Notes: generated by a model not told the origin, from the sequence alone. DNA of 64,000 bases from Desulfobacterales bacterium (GCA_963662235.1 OY759308.1:1398109-1462108), one strand, 5' to 3'; numbered from the stretch's first letter, positions 9,145 to 19,443 are shown. Numbers and translations are program-made.

Positions 9145-9606
9145 ATGATATTCGATAAAATTGAAAACTATCAACTTTACACTAATCTTAGTAAAAAAAT
9201 AAGCAAAGCTTTTGATTTCATTTTGAATAACGATTTGAATAAAATGGAGTTAGGAAAGCATATTATAGATGGCGATGAAATATTTGCTCTCTTGCAAGAA
9301 TATGAAACCAAAAGCCAAGATGAAGGTAAGTTAGAAAAACATTTTAAATATATAGATTTGCAATATATTATAAAAGGCACAGAATTAATTGGTGTTGCTC
9401 CATTTGCAAACCAAACTTTATTAGAAGAGAACCTAAAAGAAGATTACGCTTTTTATTCTGGCGAAAGCTCGCTAATAAAAATAGAAGAAGGAGAGTTTTG
9501 TATTTTCTTTTTAGATGACTTGCATATGCCTTGTATTGACTATAAACAAACTGCAAAAGTTAGAAAAGTAGTTGTTAAAATCGGCGATTATAATTTTCCC
9601 TTGTAA
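9145..9606 (+). CDS. YhcH/YjgK/YiaL (DUF386) family protein
   Basis: MIFDKIENYQLY...GKHIIDGDEIFALLQEYETK...KHFKYIDLQYIIKGTELIG matches the family pattern. Confidence 0.7.
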   Translation: MIFDKIENYQLYTNLSKKISKAFDFILNNDLNKMELGKHIIDGDEIFALLQEYETKSQDEGKLEKHFKYIDLQYIIKGTELIGVAPFANQTLLEENLKEDYAFYSGESSLIKIEEGEFCIFFLDDLHMPCIDYKQTAKVRKVVVKIGDYNFPL

Positions 9607-9647
9607 AAACGCAAAATTTTGCAGAGACGCAAAATCTTGCGTCTCTA
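9606..9647. repeat. REP (degenerate half unit plus full palindrome AGAGACGCAAAATCTTGCGTCTCT at 9623..9646)
   Basis: The sequence is aaaacgcaaaattttgc agagacgcaaaatcttgcgtctcta. Confidence 0.85.
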
Positions 9648-9674
9648 CAAATTTTATATTAAATAAAAAAAATT

Positions 9675-10067
9675 ATGAGAAACAAAAGAGAAAAATATTC
9701 TGTTCAAATGCCCCTCACTTCGCTTATTGATATTGTATTCCTGCTTTTGATTTACTTCCTTTTAACGACAAACTTTTTGGTTGATGAGGGCATAAATATA
9801 AAATTGCCTAAAGCTAAAGCGACTAAACCTCAAGTAGAAGAAGATATAACCGTATATGTTAGTAAAGTAGGAAAAATATTTGTAGGCAAAAAAGAGTTTC
9901 AAGAAGGGGAGCTCTATAATTTTCTTAAAGACAAAATAAGTAAAAACAAAAATAAGTTCGTTGTCGTAAAATCAGACAGAAATGCAATTGTACAAAGAGC
10001 TGTAAAGGTTATGGATATAGCGAAAGCTGCAGGTGCGGAAAAACTTTGTCTTGCAACTGAAAAGTAA
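9675..10067 (+). CDS. exbD: Biopolymer transport protein ExbD/TolR
   Basis: N-terminal TM segment PLTSLIDIVFLLLIYFLL, size of 130 aa, and position directly upstream of tonB. Confidence 0.85.
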   Translation: MRNKREKYSVQMPLTSLIDIVFLLLIYFLLTTNFLVDEGINIKLPKAKATKPQVEEDITVYVSKVGKIFVGKKEFQEGELYNFLKDKISKNKNKFVVVKSDRNAIVQRAVKVMDIAKAAGAEKLCLATEK

Positions 10068-10081
10068 TTTTTTATTGTACA

Positions 10082-10756
10082 ATGTATGGTTATATTAAAT
10101 CTTCTAACACTCTTTTAAAAAAAATCTTTCTTTTCTCTTTTTTAGTTCATCTTGTCGTCTTTATTGGTTTCCTTAATATCTATAAAGGTAAAAACTTAAA
10201 CTATATAGAGCTTACGATTAAAGATTTTGCTGAAAATTTAAAAAGAAAAATACCAAGACCCAAAATAATCAAAAAACGTGATAACTTACCTAAAGAGATA
10301 AAGAAAAAGATAGTAAAACCTTTTTTTTATCCTGAAGAGCAAAATTTTACAGCAGATAGATTTGATAATAATCTTAATGAAATAGATAGCAAAGACTTTG
10401 TTCCTATTTCAGGTGAAACTATAGAAAGCAATTCAGGGAGCTTTTTGGATAAAGATGGTATTTATACTAACAAGAAAGATTACTACGATATTATAAAGTT
10501 AAAAATAGAAGCCAACAAGGTCTATCCTAAACTTGCAAAGGATAACTTTATTGAAGGACAGGTCACACTATATTTTATATTGCTAAAAGATGGTAATATC
10601 AGAAATTTAAAAATTGTTAAAAGCTCAAACAACTCTTTGTTAGATGAAGAGGCTTTAAATGCTATAAAAAACTCCATACCTTTTCCAGCCTTGCCCGATA
10701 AATTTTTCAAAAAAAGCACAGAAATAACAATCTCTATAATGTTTGAACTCAATTAA
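10082..10756 (+). CDS. tonB: TonB-family energy transducer
   Basis: N-terminal TM segment, K/P-rich spacer (RKIPRPKIIKKRDNLPKEIKKKIVKP), and TonB_C domain YPKLAKDNFIEGQVTLYFILLKDGNIRNLKIVKSSNNSLLDEEALNAIK. Confidence 0.85.
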   Translation: MYGYIKSSNTLLKKIFLFSFLVHLVVFIGFLNIYKGKNLNYIELTIKDFAENLKRKIPRPKIIKKRDNLPKEIKKKIVKPFFYPEEQNFTADRFDNNLNEIDSKDFVPISGETIESNSGSFLDKDGIYTNKKDYYDIIKLKIEANKVYPKLAKDNFIEGQVTLYFILLKDGNIRNLKIVKSSNNSLLDEEALNAIKNSIPFPALPDKFFKKSTEITISIMFELN

Positions 10757-10844
10757 ACTAAGTGGTTTTTTCTTTTGTTGAAATGCAACGTGAATACTCA
10801 ATATATATAATGTAATGTTGATATAGAATGTACATAATACAATG

Positions 10845-10884
10845 TAGAGACGCAAAATCTTGTGTCTCTACGGCGTCTCTACGG
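10845..10884. repeat. REP palindrome (TAGAGACGCAAAATCTTGTGTCTCTA) plus an extra right half (cggcgtctctacgg)
   Basis: Last copy of this family in the window. Confidence 0.85.
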
Positions 10885-10922
10885 CAAACAACAATTATTT
10901 ATTGTTATTAACAAAACGGCAA

Positions 10923-11234
10923 TTATTTATTGTCATTTACAAAGCCTAAGAAAACTCTATAGGGACCCGGTGTGCCGTAAGGAACAAAAGCGACTCTGTC
11001 GTTGTCTTGGATAGTTGTGCTGAAAGGCATAACCTTGCCATTAATAAAAACAGCTTCAACATCTTTATCTTCAAGTTCAAGTTGTTTTATTAGGTCATAA
11101 GCAGTGGCTCCTTTAGGCACATTTATATTAGATGGCAGTTGTAGATTGTTTTTTAATTTTTTTCTCAAAAAAGAAAAAGCGTTAAACAGTATGGTATTCA
11201 TATTCTCTAAGTTATTCTGGTGTGTGTGTTTCAT
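10923..11234 (-). CDS. Small hypothetical protein, possibly beta-grasp (MoaD/ThiS-like) but without C-terminal GG
   Basis: NVPKGATAYDLIKQLELEDKDVEAVFINGKVMPFSTTIQDNDRVAFVP resembles ThiS/MoaD. An alternative start at 11201 (MNTILF) would remove the 23-nt overlap with the upstream gene. Confidence 0.4.
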   Translation of the reverse strand: MKHTHQNNLENMNTILFNAFSFLRKKLKNNLQLPSNINVPKGATAYDLIKQLELEDKDVEAVFINGKVMPFSTTIQDNDRVAFVPYGTPGPYRVFLGFVNDNK

Positions 11235-12054
11235 CTTTGCTTATAGCCGATTTTATTTCCTCATAAATATCCATAGGGCTACGGTTATTAGTTTTTCCTA
11301 TCTCTTTTATTGTCATATCGGCTTTTGATTCAATGTTTAATTTTTTTAACGATTCTATAATTGTTGTTAAATTGAGATTATATTGAGTGCAAAAATCTAA
11401 TAAAGTTAAATTCCCAGTATTTTGGGGTGGCGTTTTAGGCAGTACAGTTGTTTTATCTGATACTCTATGCATAGGCATTGATAGATATATTGTATGAGGA
11501 GAGACTCTATTTTTGCTTGCTATATCTTGTAGAGTTTGAGTTTCGCTATCTACCTTAAACCCTGCTTCTTGTAATGAATTGATTGCTTTTTTTAAATCGA
11601 TATCCATTCTTTTTGTAAAAATTTTTAGCGATGACAATTCTGCATGACCGTATGGAGGATCGCCATATTTTTTTGTTGCAGCTTCTTTAATGGTCCCACT
11701 TATATTCAGAATAGTTGAAAAGGGTGGTATTTCGGCATAAGTTCCAACTATAAATAACGCTGTTAGTATCAAGGCGATATTAAACTCTTTTGTAAATATC
11801 GTTAATTTTTTAGCTCTGTTTTTGAGATACGAAATAATGAGTCTCCAGTTATAATAAATATGGAGCAGAAGTGCTAATAGAAATAAAAAACCGACGTTTA
11901 TATGAATAGCTCCCCATTGATCTTTTGAAAGTGCCCACAATTTCCAATCTGACCAATATGCAACACGTCCGTGAGGAACGATATATAAAATAATGCTGGT
12001 AAGTAGCGTAATCAAAAATGATAAAAATGCGGTAAGAGATGTTATTTTTTTCAT
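11212..12054 (-). CDS. DUF4405-type membrane protein with two C-terminal helix-rich repeats
   Basis: Four predicted TM helices, with HGRVAYWSDWKLW...WGAIHINVGFLFLLALLLHIYYNWR. Confidence 0.55.
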   Translation of the reverse strand: MKKITSLTAFLSFLITLLTSIILYIVPHGRVAYWSDWKLWALSKDQWGAIHINVGFLFLLALLLHIYYNWRLIISYLKNRAKKLTIFTKEFNIALILTALFIVGTYAEIPPFSTILNISGTIKEAATKKYGDPPYGHAELSSLKIFTKRMDIDLKKAINSLQEAGFKVDSETQTLQDIASKNRVSPHTIYLSMPMHRVSDKTTVLPKTPPQNTGNLTLLDFCTQYNLNLTTIIESLKKLNIESKADMTIKEIGKTNNRSPMDIYEEIKSAISKDETHTPE

Positions 12055-12083
12055 ACTTATTAAAATATCCTATTATTTGTTGT

Positions 12084-12458
12084 TTAATTGCTTACAATCT
12101 TAATTTTTCCCTCTTTATCTAAAGAGTAGGTGTTTTTTCCTTTGGGATGTTTGAATGTTATTGTGCTTTCAACATCTCCACTTTCTGCTTTGTAAATAAA
12201 AGAACCCTGTATAGTTGTAGAGACAGTTAAATCTGCAGGTAAGTTACTTGCGTTATATGTTATATCTTTCTCGCCCTCTGCACTCGAAATTGCCATAAGG
12301 TAGAAGTTTTTAGCATCTGCCATAGCCACAGCATCGTAACCTTTTTTTTTGTAGGAAATGTAGTTAGGTATGGCAACGAGAGATAGAATACCTATTATAG
12401 CAACAACAATCATAAGCTCTATTAATGTAAACCCTGAATTTTGTTTGCTTCTTATCAT
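12084..12458 (-). CDS. Type IV pilin-like protein (prepilin N-terminal methylation domain)
   Basis: MIRSKQNSG|FTLIELMIVVAIIGILSLVAIPNY with GGAG located 8 nt upstream. The track start at 12497 is a GTG inside the repeat terminus, so I trimmed it. Confidence 0.85.
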   Translation of the reverse strand: MIRSKQNSGFTLIELMIVVAIIGILSLVAIPNYISYKKKGYDAVAMADAKNFYLMAISSAEGEKDITYNASNLPADLTVSTTIQGSFIYKAESGDVESTITFKHPKGKNTYSLDKEGKIKIVSN

Positions 12459-12486
12459 TTTTTTATCTCCATAAAAACTTGTTAAA

Positions 12487-12688
12487 GAGCTTTGCACATA
12501 GCCCTATTTTTGCTTTGGTTTTATGGTGAAGTAGTATGTTTAATACGTCGAACCCAAAACAAAAGAGAGCGTAAGTCTTTATAAGGGTTTTCTTAGGTTT
12601 TTCGCCTTTCGGCGAACCCCCTTAGTCCCCCTTAAAAGGGGGAAAAGGTAAAAAAATCTCACGAAAAAACATTATGAGCAAAGGTCTC
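12487..12688 (-). mobile_element. MITE-like element, copy 1 (variant with two GC-rich hairpins replacing the usual AT hairpin module)
   Basis: Termini are gagctttgcacatagc...cattatgagcaaaggtctc and the core is acgtcgaacccaaaacaaaag..agagcgtaagtctttataa. Unique hairpins are ttcgcctttcggcgaa (12601..12616) and cccccttaaaaggggg (12627..12642). Confidence 0.85.
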
Positions 12689-12758
12689 AAATGTATAAAC
12701 CTTAAACATTATAGTTTATATTGAGTGCTTATATAAGCTATTTTTTAAGAGAATATAA

Positions 12759-14054
<1,296 letters not shown>

Positions 14055-14095
14055 TCATTTTTTAATGTTTAAAGAATCAAAACATCTTCTAACTC

Positions 14096-15106
14096 TTAAA
14101 GATGACTTGCAACTATTTTACTAAGCTCCATTAATCTATAAACGTAGCCTTTTTCATTATCGTGCCATATTCCTATTTTTAAAATATCTTTCCCAACCTT
14201 TTTTGTAAAAAAAGCATCAAAAATAGCGGAAAATTTAGAGCCTTTATAGTCTACAGATACAAGCTCTTTGTCATTATAATCTAAAATATAATTTTTTTCC
14301 GCTTCTTTTTTAAAAAGTTCATTAACATCATCAATAGTTACATTCTTTTTTTTTATTTTTAAAACAATATCTATTAATGAAACATTAGGAGTAGGAACTC
14401 TTAGCGAGTATCCTGTTATTTTATTTTTTAATTCGGGCATAATGTCTGAAACAGTTTTAATAATTCCTGTAGTTGTAGGAATGATTGACGGAATAGCAGA
14501 ACGACCAAGCCTTAAGTCGCTATCGTTGCCTCCATCTAATAATTTTTGGTCAATATTATAGGGATGTATATTTGTTATAGTAAAACAATCTATACCATAA
14601 TTTTTGATTAAGATAGATAAAACAGGTATTAGGCAATTTGCAGTACAAGAAGAGGCTGAAATTATATTATCTTTTTTAGTGTTATAACTTTTTTCATTAA
14701 AACCTATAACTATTGTATTGTCTGCATTTGTACAAGGAGAAGAAACGATAACTTTTTTTACTCCTTTATCCAAATAATAAGACAAAGTATCTTTGCTTAA
14801 AAACTTTCCTGTGCAATCAATAACTATATCTGTTTTATTCTTTTGCCACTCTATTTTTTTAAGGGTAGCCTCTTTTGAGAAAGAAATTTTTTCATCGTTT
14901 ATAATTATGTTTTTTTTATCGTAAGTTATATCAAGGTCGCTTGTACCATATGTAGAATCGTACTTTAAAAGGTAAGCGATTGTTTCTATAGAGTTTAAAT
15001 CGTTTATGTGAACTACTTTAAGGGAGGTTTCTTTGTATATTGTTTTGAGTAGACTTCTGCCGATTCTACCAAGACCGTTTATACCTATATTAATAGATTG
15101 TGACAT
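14096..15106 (-). CDS. gap: Glyceraldehyde-3-phosphate dehydrogenase (type I family)
   Basis: INGLGRIGRSL NAD-binding motif and active-site SSCTANCL. Confidence 0.88.
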   Translation of the reverse strand: MSQSINIGINGLGRIGRSLLKTIYKETSLKVVHINDLNSIETIAYLLKYDSTYGTSDLDITYDKKNIIINDEKISFSKEATLKKIEWQKNKTDIVIDCTGKFLSKDTLSYYLDKGVKKVIVSSPCTNADNTIVIGFNEKSYNTKKDNIISASSCTANCLIPVLSILIKNYGIDCFTITNIHPYNIDQKLLDGGNDSDLRLGRSAIPSIIPTTTGIIKTVSDIMPELKNKITGYSLRVPTPNVSLIDIVLKIKKKNVTIDDVNELFKKEAEKNYILDYNDKELVSVDYKGSKFSAIFDAFFTKKVGKDILKIGIWHDNEKGYVYRLMELSKIVASHL

Positions 15107-15116
15107 AATTACATAA

Positions 15117-15542
15117 CTATTTTATCTGTCTTGTTTTGCCTGCAAGAATTGAACTTACCATAGAAATACTTTGTCTACCGAAATTTTCTATAGTTTTTAC
15201 AATCTCTTCTATACTCTTATCTTTATCTTCTCTTATAGATATTGTTTTCATAAGTATAGGAAGATTTACACCAGAAAGAATTTCTATTTCATTCTTTTTT
15301 AGAAAAGAGCAACTAATAGAAGAAGGAGTGCCACCATACATATCAGTTAAAATTATAATGCCTCTTGTATTTTCTAAACTTTTTATAGCACTTTCAATCT
15401 TATCTCTTATGCTATTTACATCTTCAACTGGATTAATAGAAATATGTTCAAACGCTTCAAGATTTTTGCCTGTTATCGATTTCGCAGTTTTTATAAGGTT
15501 TTTACCAAGATCGTAATGAGTTACTACTAATACACCTATCAT
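15117..15542 (-). CDS. PTS EIIA component, mannose/fructose family
   Basis: MIGVLVVTHYDLG (His-10 region) ...ILTDMYGGTP. The gene overlaps the rapZ stop. Confidence 0.8.
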   Translation of the reverse strand: MIGVLVVTHYDLGKNLIKTAKSITGKNLEAFEHISINPVEDVNSIRDKIESAIKSLENTRGIIILTDMYGGTPSSISCSFLKKNEIEILSGVNLPILMKTISIREDKDKSIEEIVKTIENFGRQSISMVSSILAGKTRQIK

Positions 15543-16402
15543 TTATCTATATCCCTATGTTTTATTTCTATATTTTTATGATTTTTTTTTATATCATCAT
15601 AAATATTTTCTGCGATTGCAACGCTTCTATGTACTCCTCCTGTGCATCCTATTGCTATTTTTAAGTACGATTTTCCTTCTTTTTTATATTCTGGAATCAA
15701 AAAATTTAAAAGAGTTTTATATTGCTTTAAAAACAGTTCAGTTCGTTTATCTTCTAATATGTAAGAGACAACTTTTTCATCTTTGCCAGTTAAGTTTTTA
15801 AGCTCTGGTATAAAAAAGGGATTTGTAATAAAACGAACATCAACGATATTATTTACGTCATACGGAATGCCATATTTAAACCCGAAAGATGCTATAGTTA
15901 TTTTCATCTTTTTATCTATATCATCTTTTTCAGACACTATTTCTGCTACGCGAGATTTTAATTGGTGTGTTGTAAGATTAGATGTGTCTATAACCTCATC
16001 GGCCATTTTTTGTAATTTTAAAAGAGCTTTCTTCTCTTTTTTTAAGGCGTCTAAAAGGTTGGTTTTGTGCAGTGGATGTTTTCTTCTCGTTTCGCTATAT
16101 CTTTTTATTAAAACCTCTTCTTTTGCCGTAAAGAATAAAATTTTAAATTGATAATCATTTTTGCCTAAATCGTTAAAAATTTTTTCATATTTATTTAAAA
16201 ACTCTTGTGTCCTTAAATCCATTACAAAAGCGTATTTTGTTTTGATATTTATTTCATTAGAGATGATTTCAAAGAAATGAGGTAAAAGGTCTATAGGCAT
16301 ATTATCTACACAATAAAAGTTTGAGTCTTCAAAAACTTTAATCGCAGTAGTTTTGCCAGAACCAGCAAGCCCTGTTATTATGAATATTTCTTTTTTTTTC
16401 AT
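15539..16402 (-). CDS. rapZ: RNase adapter protein RapZ (YhbJ)
   Basis: P-loop GLAGSGKTTA, with IAIGCTGGVHRSVAIAE near the C-terminus. Confidence 0.92.
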   Translation of the reverse strand: MKKKEIFIITGLAGSGKTTAIKVFEDSNFYCVDNMPIDLLPHFFEIISNEINIKTKYAFVMDLRTQEFLNKYEKIFNDLGKNDYQFKILFFTAKEEVLIKRYSETRRKHPLHKTNLLDALKKEKKALLKLQKMADEVIDTSNLTTHQLKSRVAEIVSEKDDIDKKMKITIASFGFKYGIPYDVNNIVDVRFITNPFFIPELKNLTGKDEKVVSYILEDKRTELFLKQYKTLLNFLIPEYKKEGKSYLKIAIGCTGGVHRSVAIAENIYDDIKKNHKNIEIKHRDIDK

Positions 16403-16426
16403 TTCTATAAAAATAAGTTTAAAACA

Positions 16427-16720
16427 TTAACTATTCTTTTGTTTTTCTTTTGTTTTTAAAATTTGATTTTTTATATTGTCTACTGCTTTATCTATCACGG
16501 AGTTCATATTCTTCTCTTTTTGTTCTTCCGTTGTATTTATATGAAGTTTCCCTGCATCAAGCTTTATTTCTACAATATATCTTATGTCTTCTTTTATTAG
16601 TACTACGTTTGCAAGTCCTTTATCTTCAAGCAGTTTCTCTATTTTACTTAATCTTTTATTTACATAACTTTTTAGTTCATCTGTTGGTTTAATATTTTTA
16701 AAAGTTATAGTTGTTTGCAT
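16427..16720 (-). CDS. hpf: Ribosome hibernation promoting factor (short HPF/RaiA)
   Basis: 97-aa sigma-54 modulation protein pattern, immediately downstream of rpoN. Confidence 0.85.
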   Translation of the reverse strand: MQTTITFKNIKPTDELKSYVNKRLSKIEKLLEDKGLANVVLIKEDIRYIVEIKLDAGKLHINTTEEQKEKNMNSVIDKAVDNIKNQILKTKEKQKNS

Positions 16721-16731
16721 ATCTCTCCTCC

Positions 16732-18138
16732 TTAATATTGTTTTCTCTTACTCGCAGGCAATATTTTTAATATATTTCGATATTTGGCTATAGTTCTTCT
16801 TGCTATACTTACGTTTGACTTTTTTAATATCTCCATAATTTTTTCGTCGCTGTAAGGTTTATTTTTTGGCTCGTTTTTTATTATTTGTTTTATTTGTTCT
16901 TGTACGCTTGCTGATGCTATAGTTTCACCAAAAGTTCTTTTTATTGAGCTGTTAAAAAAGAATTTTAATTCAAACATTCCCTGTGAAGTGTGAATATATT
17001 TATTTGTTGTAACCCTGCTGATAGTAGATTCATGCATTTCAATATCGTCTGCAACATCTTTTAATACCATAGGTTTAAGATGAGTTATTCCTTTTTCAAA
17101 AAAAGTGTGTTGAAATTTCAATATGCTCTTTACAACATTATAAATAGTTCTTTTTCTTTGGTTTATACTTTTTATTAACCATAATGCCGATTTCTTTTTC
17201 TCTTGAATATACTCTTTTGTTTTCTCAGGTATATTTGTTTGATTTTCATACAAATCACTTATTTTAAGATTTGGCATATTTTCATCATTTAAAGTTATTG
17301 TATATTCATCTCCTACTTTATGTACAAAAATATCGGGTCTTATATAAACCGATTTTTCTTCATTAAAAATTCTTCCGGGTTTCGGTTCTAATTTTTTTAT
17401 GACATCAACAACTCTAATAACAGTATCAATTTTTATCTTTAACTCTTTTGTTATGATTTTATAGTTTTTATTTTCGAGCTCTTTTAAATAGTTTGTTACT
17501 ATCTCTACCAAGAAGGGTTCTTGAATATTATAATGCTTAATTTGAAGCATTAAACACTCTTTTAAATCTCTTGCGGCAACTCCTATAGGGTCGAAAGTTT
17601 GAACAAGAAATAGAACTTTTTCGGCTGTTTTGATGCTTATACTATTTTTTTGAGCAAATTCATTCAAAGAGTAGTTAAAATAGCCATCTTTATTAAGATT
17701 ACCTATAATTAAATTGCCTATATTTTTTTCTTTGTCCGATATATTGCTCATAGTAAGTTGCCATAAAAGATGTCCTCTTAATGTGGTCTCTTCTTTGGTA
17801 AAATTTTCATATTCAATGTGTTCTTTTTTTTCAGTCTCGTAGCTTGCTTTATCTATTGAGCTATATTCATTTAAATACTCTTCCCAGTCGGAGCTTTTTA
17901 TTATCTTTTCATCAAAATTAACTTCATCTGTTTTATTTTTATTTTCTTGCGATTCATCGTCTTTTAAGTCTGGTTTTTCTGGTTCGTCTTCTAAAAGAGG
18001 GTTTTGTGCGATTTCGTCATTTATGAGCTCGATTAGTTCTGTATGGGACAATTGCAAAAGTTTAATAGCTTGTTGCAACTGGGGAGTCATAACAAGCTGT
18101 TGTCCAATTTTAAGTTGTTGTTTAATATCGGTACTCAT
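16732..18138 (-). CDS. rpoN: RNA polymerase sigma-54 factor
   Basis: N-terminal Q/L-rich region LKIGQQLVMTPQLQQAIKLLQLS, and the RpoN box ARRTIAKYR near the C-terminus. Confidence 0.96.
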   Translation of the reverse strand: MSTDIKQQLKIGQQLVMTPQLQQAIKLLQLSHTELIELINDEIAQNPLLEDEPEKPDLKDDESQENKNKTDEVNFDEKIIKSSDWEEYLNEYSSIDKASYETEKKEHIEYENFTKEETTLRGHLLWQLTMSNISDKEKNIGNLIIGNLNKDGYFNYSLNEFAQKNSISIKTAEKVLFLVQTFDPIGVAARDLKECLMLQIKHYNIQEPFLVEIVTNYLKELENKNYKIITKELKIKIDTVIRVVDVIKKLEPKPGRIFNEEKSVYIRPDIFVHKVGDEYTITLNDENMPNLKISDLYENQTNIPEKTKEYIQEKKKSALWLIKSINQRKRTIYNVVKSILKFQHTFFEKGITHLKPMVLKDVADDIEMHESTISRVTTNKYIHTSQGMFELKFFFNSSIKRTFGETIASASVQEQIKQIIKNEPKNKPYSDEKIMEILKKSNVSIARRTIAKYRNILKILPASKRKQY

Positions 18139-18153
18139 TTAAAGCCTTAACAC

Positions 18154-18873
18154 TTATAATTTAAAATTATCACCAAGATAAGTTTTTTTTGACATTTCAC
18201 TATTTATTATTTTTTCTGGAGAACCGCTCTCAAGAACACTACCATTACTTACAATATATGCTTTATCGCAAACGCCAAGTGTTTCGCGGACATTGTGGTC
18301 TGAAATTAAAACACCTATATTCTTTTGGGCGAGTTCTTTTATTATGTTTTGAATATCTTTTATCGATATTGGATCTATACCCGCAAAAGGTTCGTCTAAA
18401 AGCATAAACGCTGGATTAGAGGCAAGGATTCTTGCGATTTCAAGCCTTCTTCTTTCGCCTCCCGATAAAACGAAAGCTTTTTCTTTGGCGAGGTGTTTTA
18501 TTTTTAGTTCGTCCAAAAGTTTGTAACACCTCTCTTTTATCTGTTTTTTTTTATATATAATTTCCAAAATAGCAATAATGTTCTCTTCAACAGTAAGCTT
18601 TTTAAATACAGAAGATTCTTGTGGCAAATAGCTTATCCCTTTCCGTGCTTTTTTAAAAATAGGGAGATTTGTTATATCTTCATCATCAAAAAATATTTTA
18701 CCACTGCTTGGTTTTACCATACCTATTGTCATATAAAATGTAGTTGTTTTGCCAGCTCCATTTGGACCTAACAACCCTACAATTTCACCTTGTTTAATAG
18801 ATAGATTGATACCTGTTACAACTTTTTTTTTACCATAAGTTTTAACAAGATTTTTTAAATATAAAATAGACAT
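18154..18873 (-). CDS. lptB: LPS export ABC transporter ATPase LptB
   Basis: Walker A GPNGAGKTT, signature LSGGERRRLEIAR and Walker B LLDEPFAGIDP. Sits in lptC-lptA-lptB context. Confidence 0.93.
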   Translation of the reverse strand: MSILYLKNLVKTYGKKKVVTGINLSIKQGEIVGLLGPNGAGKTTTFYMTIGMVKPSSGKIFFDDEDITNLPIFKKARKGISYLPQESSVFKKLTVEENIIAILEIIYKKKQIKERCYKLLDELKIKHLAKEKAFVLSGGERRRLEIARILASNPAFMLLDEPFAGIDPISIKDIQNIIKELAQKNIGVLISDHNVRETLGVCDKAYIVSNGSVLESGSPEKIINSEMSKKTYLGDNFKL

Positions 18874-18954
18874 TTATTTTTTACTTTAACTTATTTAGCA
18901 TAACTATTTAATTTGTTTAATAATTTCAAAAATTACAAATTTATTCGAAGTTCT

Positions 18955-19443
18955 CTACTGCTTTATTGTTATCTCCATAGGTTTATTGTTACTATCACTC
19001 TTATTCTCTGCAATTATTTCATCTCTTTCCTGATAATATTTTATTTTATCTGCTATAATTTGATTGTTTTTTTCATCAATAATTTTTGAGTTTGGTCCTG
19101 TTAAAATAAATAGTTTTTTGCTGCCTATATATTCTAAATTGTCTGACCACGCTTTTTTACTATTTTCTATATTTATATCTACATTTTGTATAGCAATAAT
19201 TTTTTCTATTCCATCTTCATCTTTAAAGCTTTTATCTTTGTTTTTATAAACTAAAACTTTTTCAGCCTTAATAATATTTTTATTATATATAACTTTCACA
19301 TTGCCTGTAAATTCCATATAATTTTGATTCTTAGACATAAAAAGCTTGTTTGATGTTATATTAAGATTGGTCTCTTTAGCAAAAGTTAAAGAGAATATTA
19401 ATAGTATAAAAAAATTAATTGATAGATTTAACTTCAACATCAC
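18955..19443 (-). CDS. lptA: LPS transport periplasmic protein LptA (OstA-like)
   Basis: Signal peptide, OstA-type repeat pattern, and position between lptC and lptB. Confidence 0.7.
   Translation of the reverse strand: MMLKLNLSINFFILLIFSLTFAKETNLNITSNKLFMSKNQNYMEFTGNVKVIYNKNIIKAEKVLVYKNKDKSFKDEDGIEKIIAIQNVDINIENSKKAWSDNLEYIGSKKLFILTGPNSKIIDEKNNQIIADKIKYYQERDEIIAENKSDSNNKPMEITIKQ

Noticed and set aside
12459-12497. N-terminal extensions that start inside MITE termini (pilin GTG at 12497, thiE ATG at 47175, pth GTG at 53367, bactofilin ATG at 39622)
   Set aside because: The extra codons are repeat sequence (MCKG.. or MQRS.. types). Conserved protein N-termini and better ribosome-binding sites occur at the downstream ATGs. 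The thiE case remains ambiguous.
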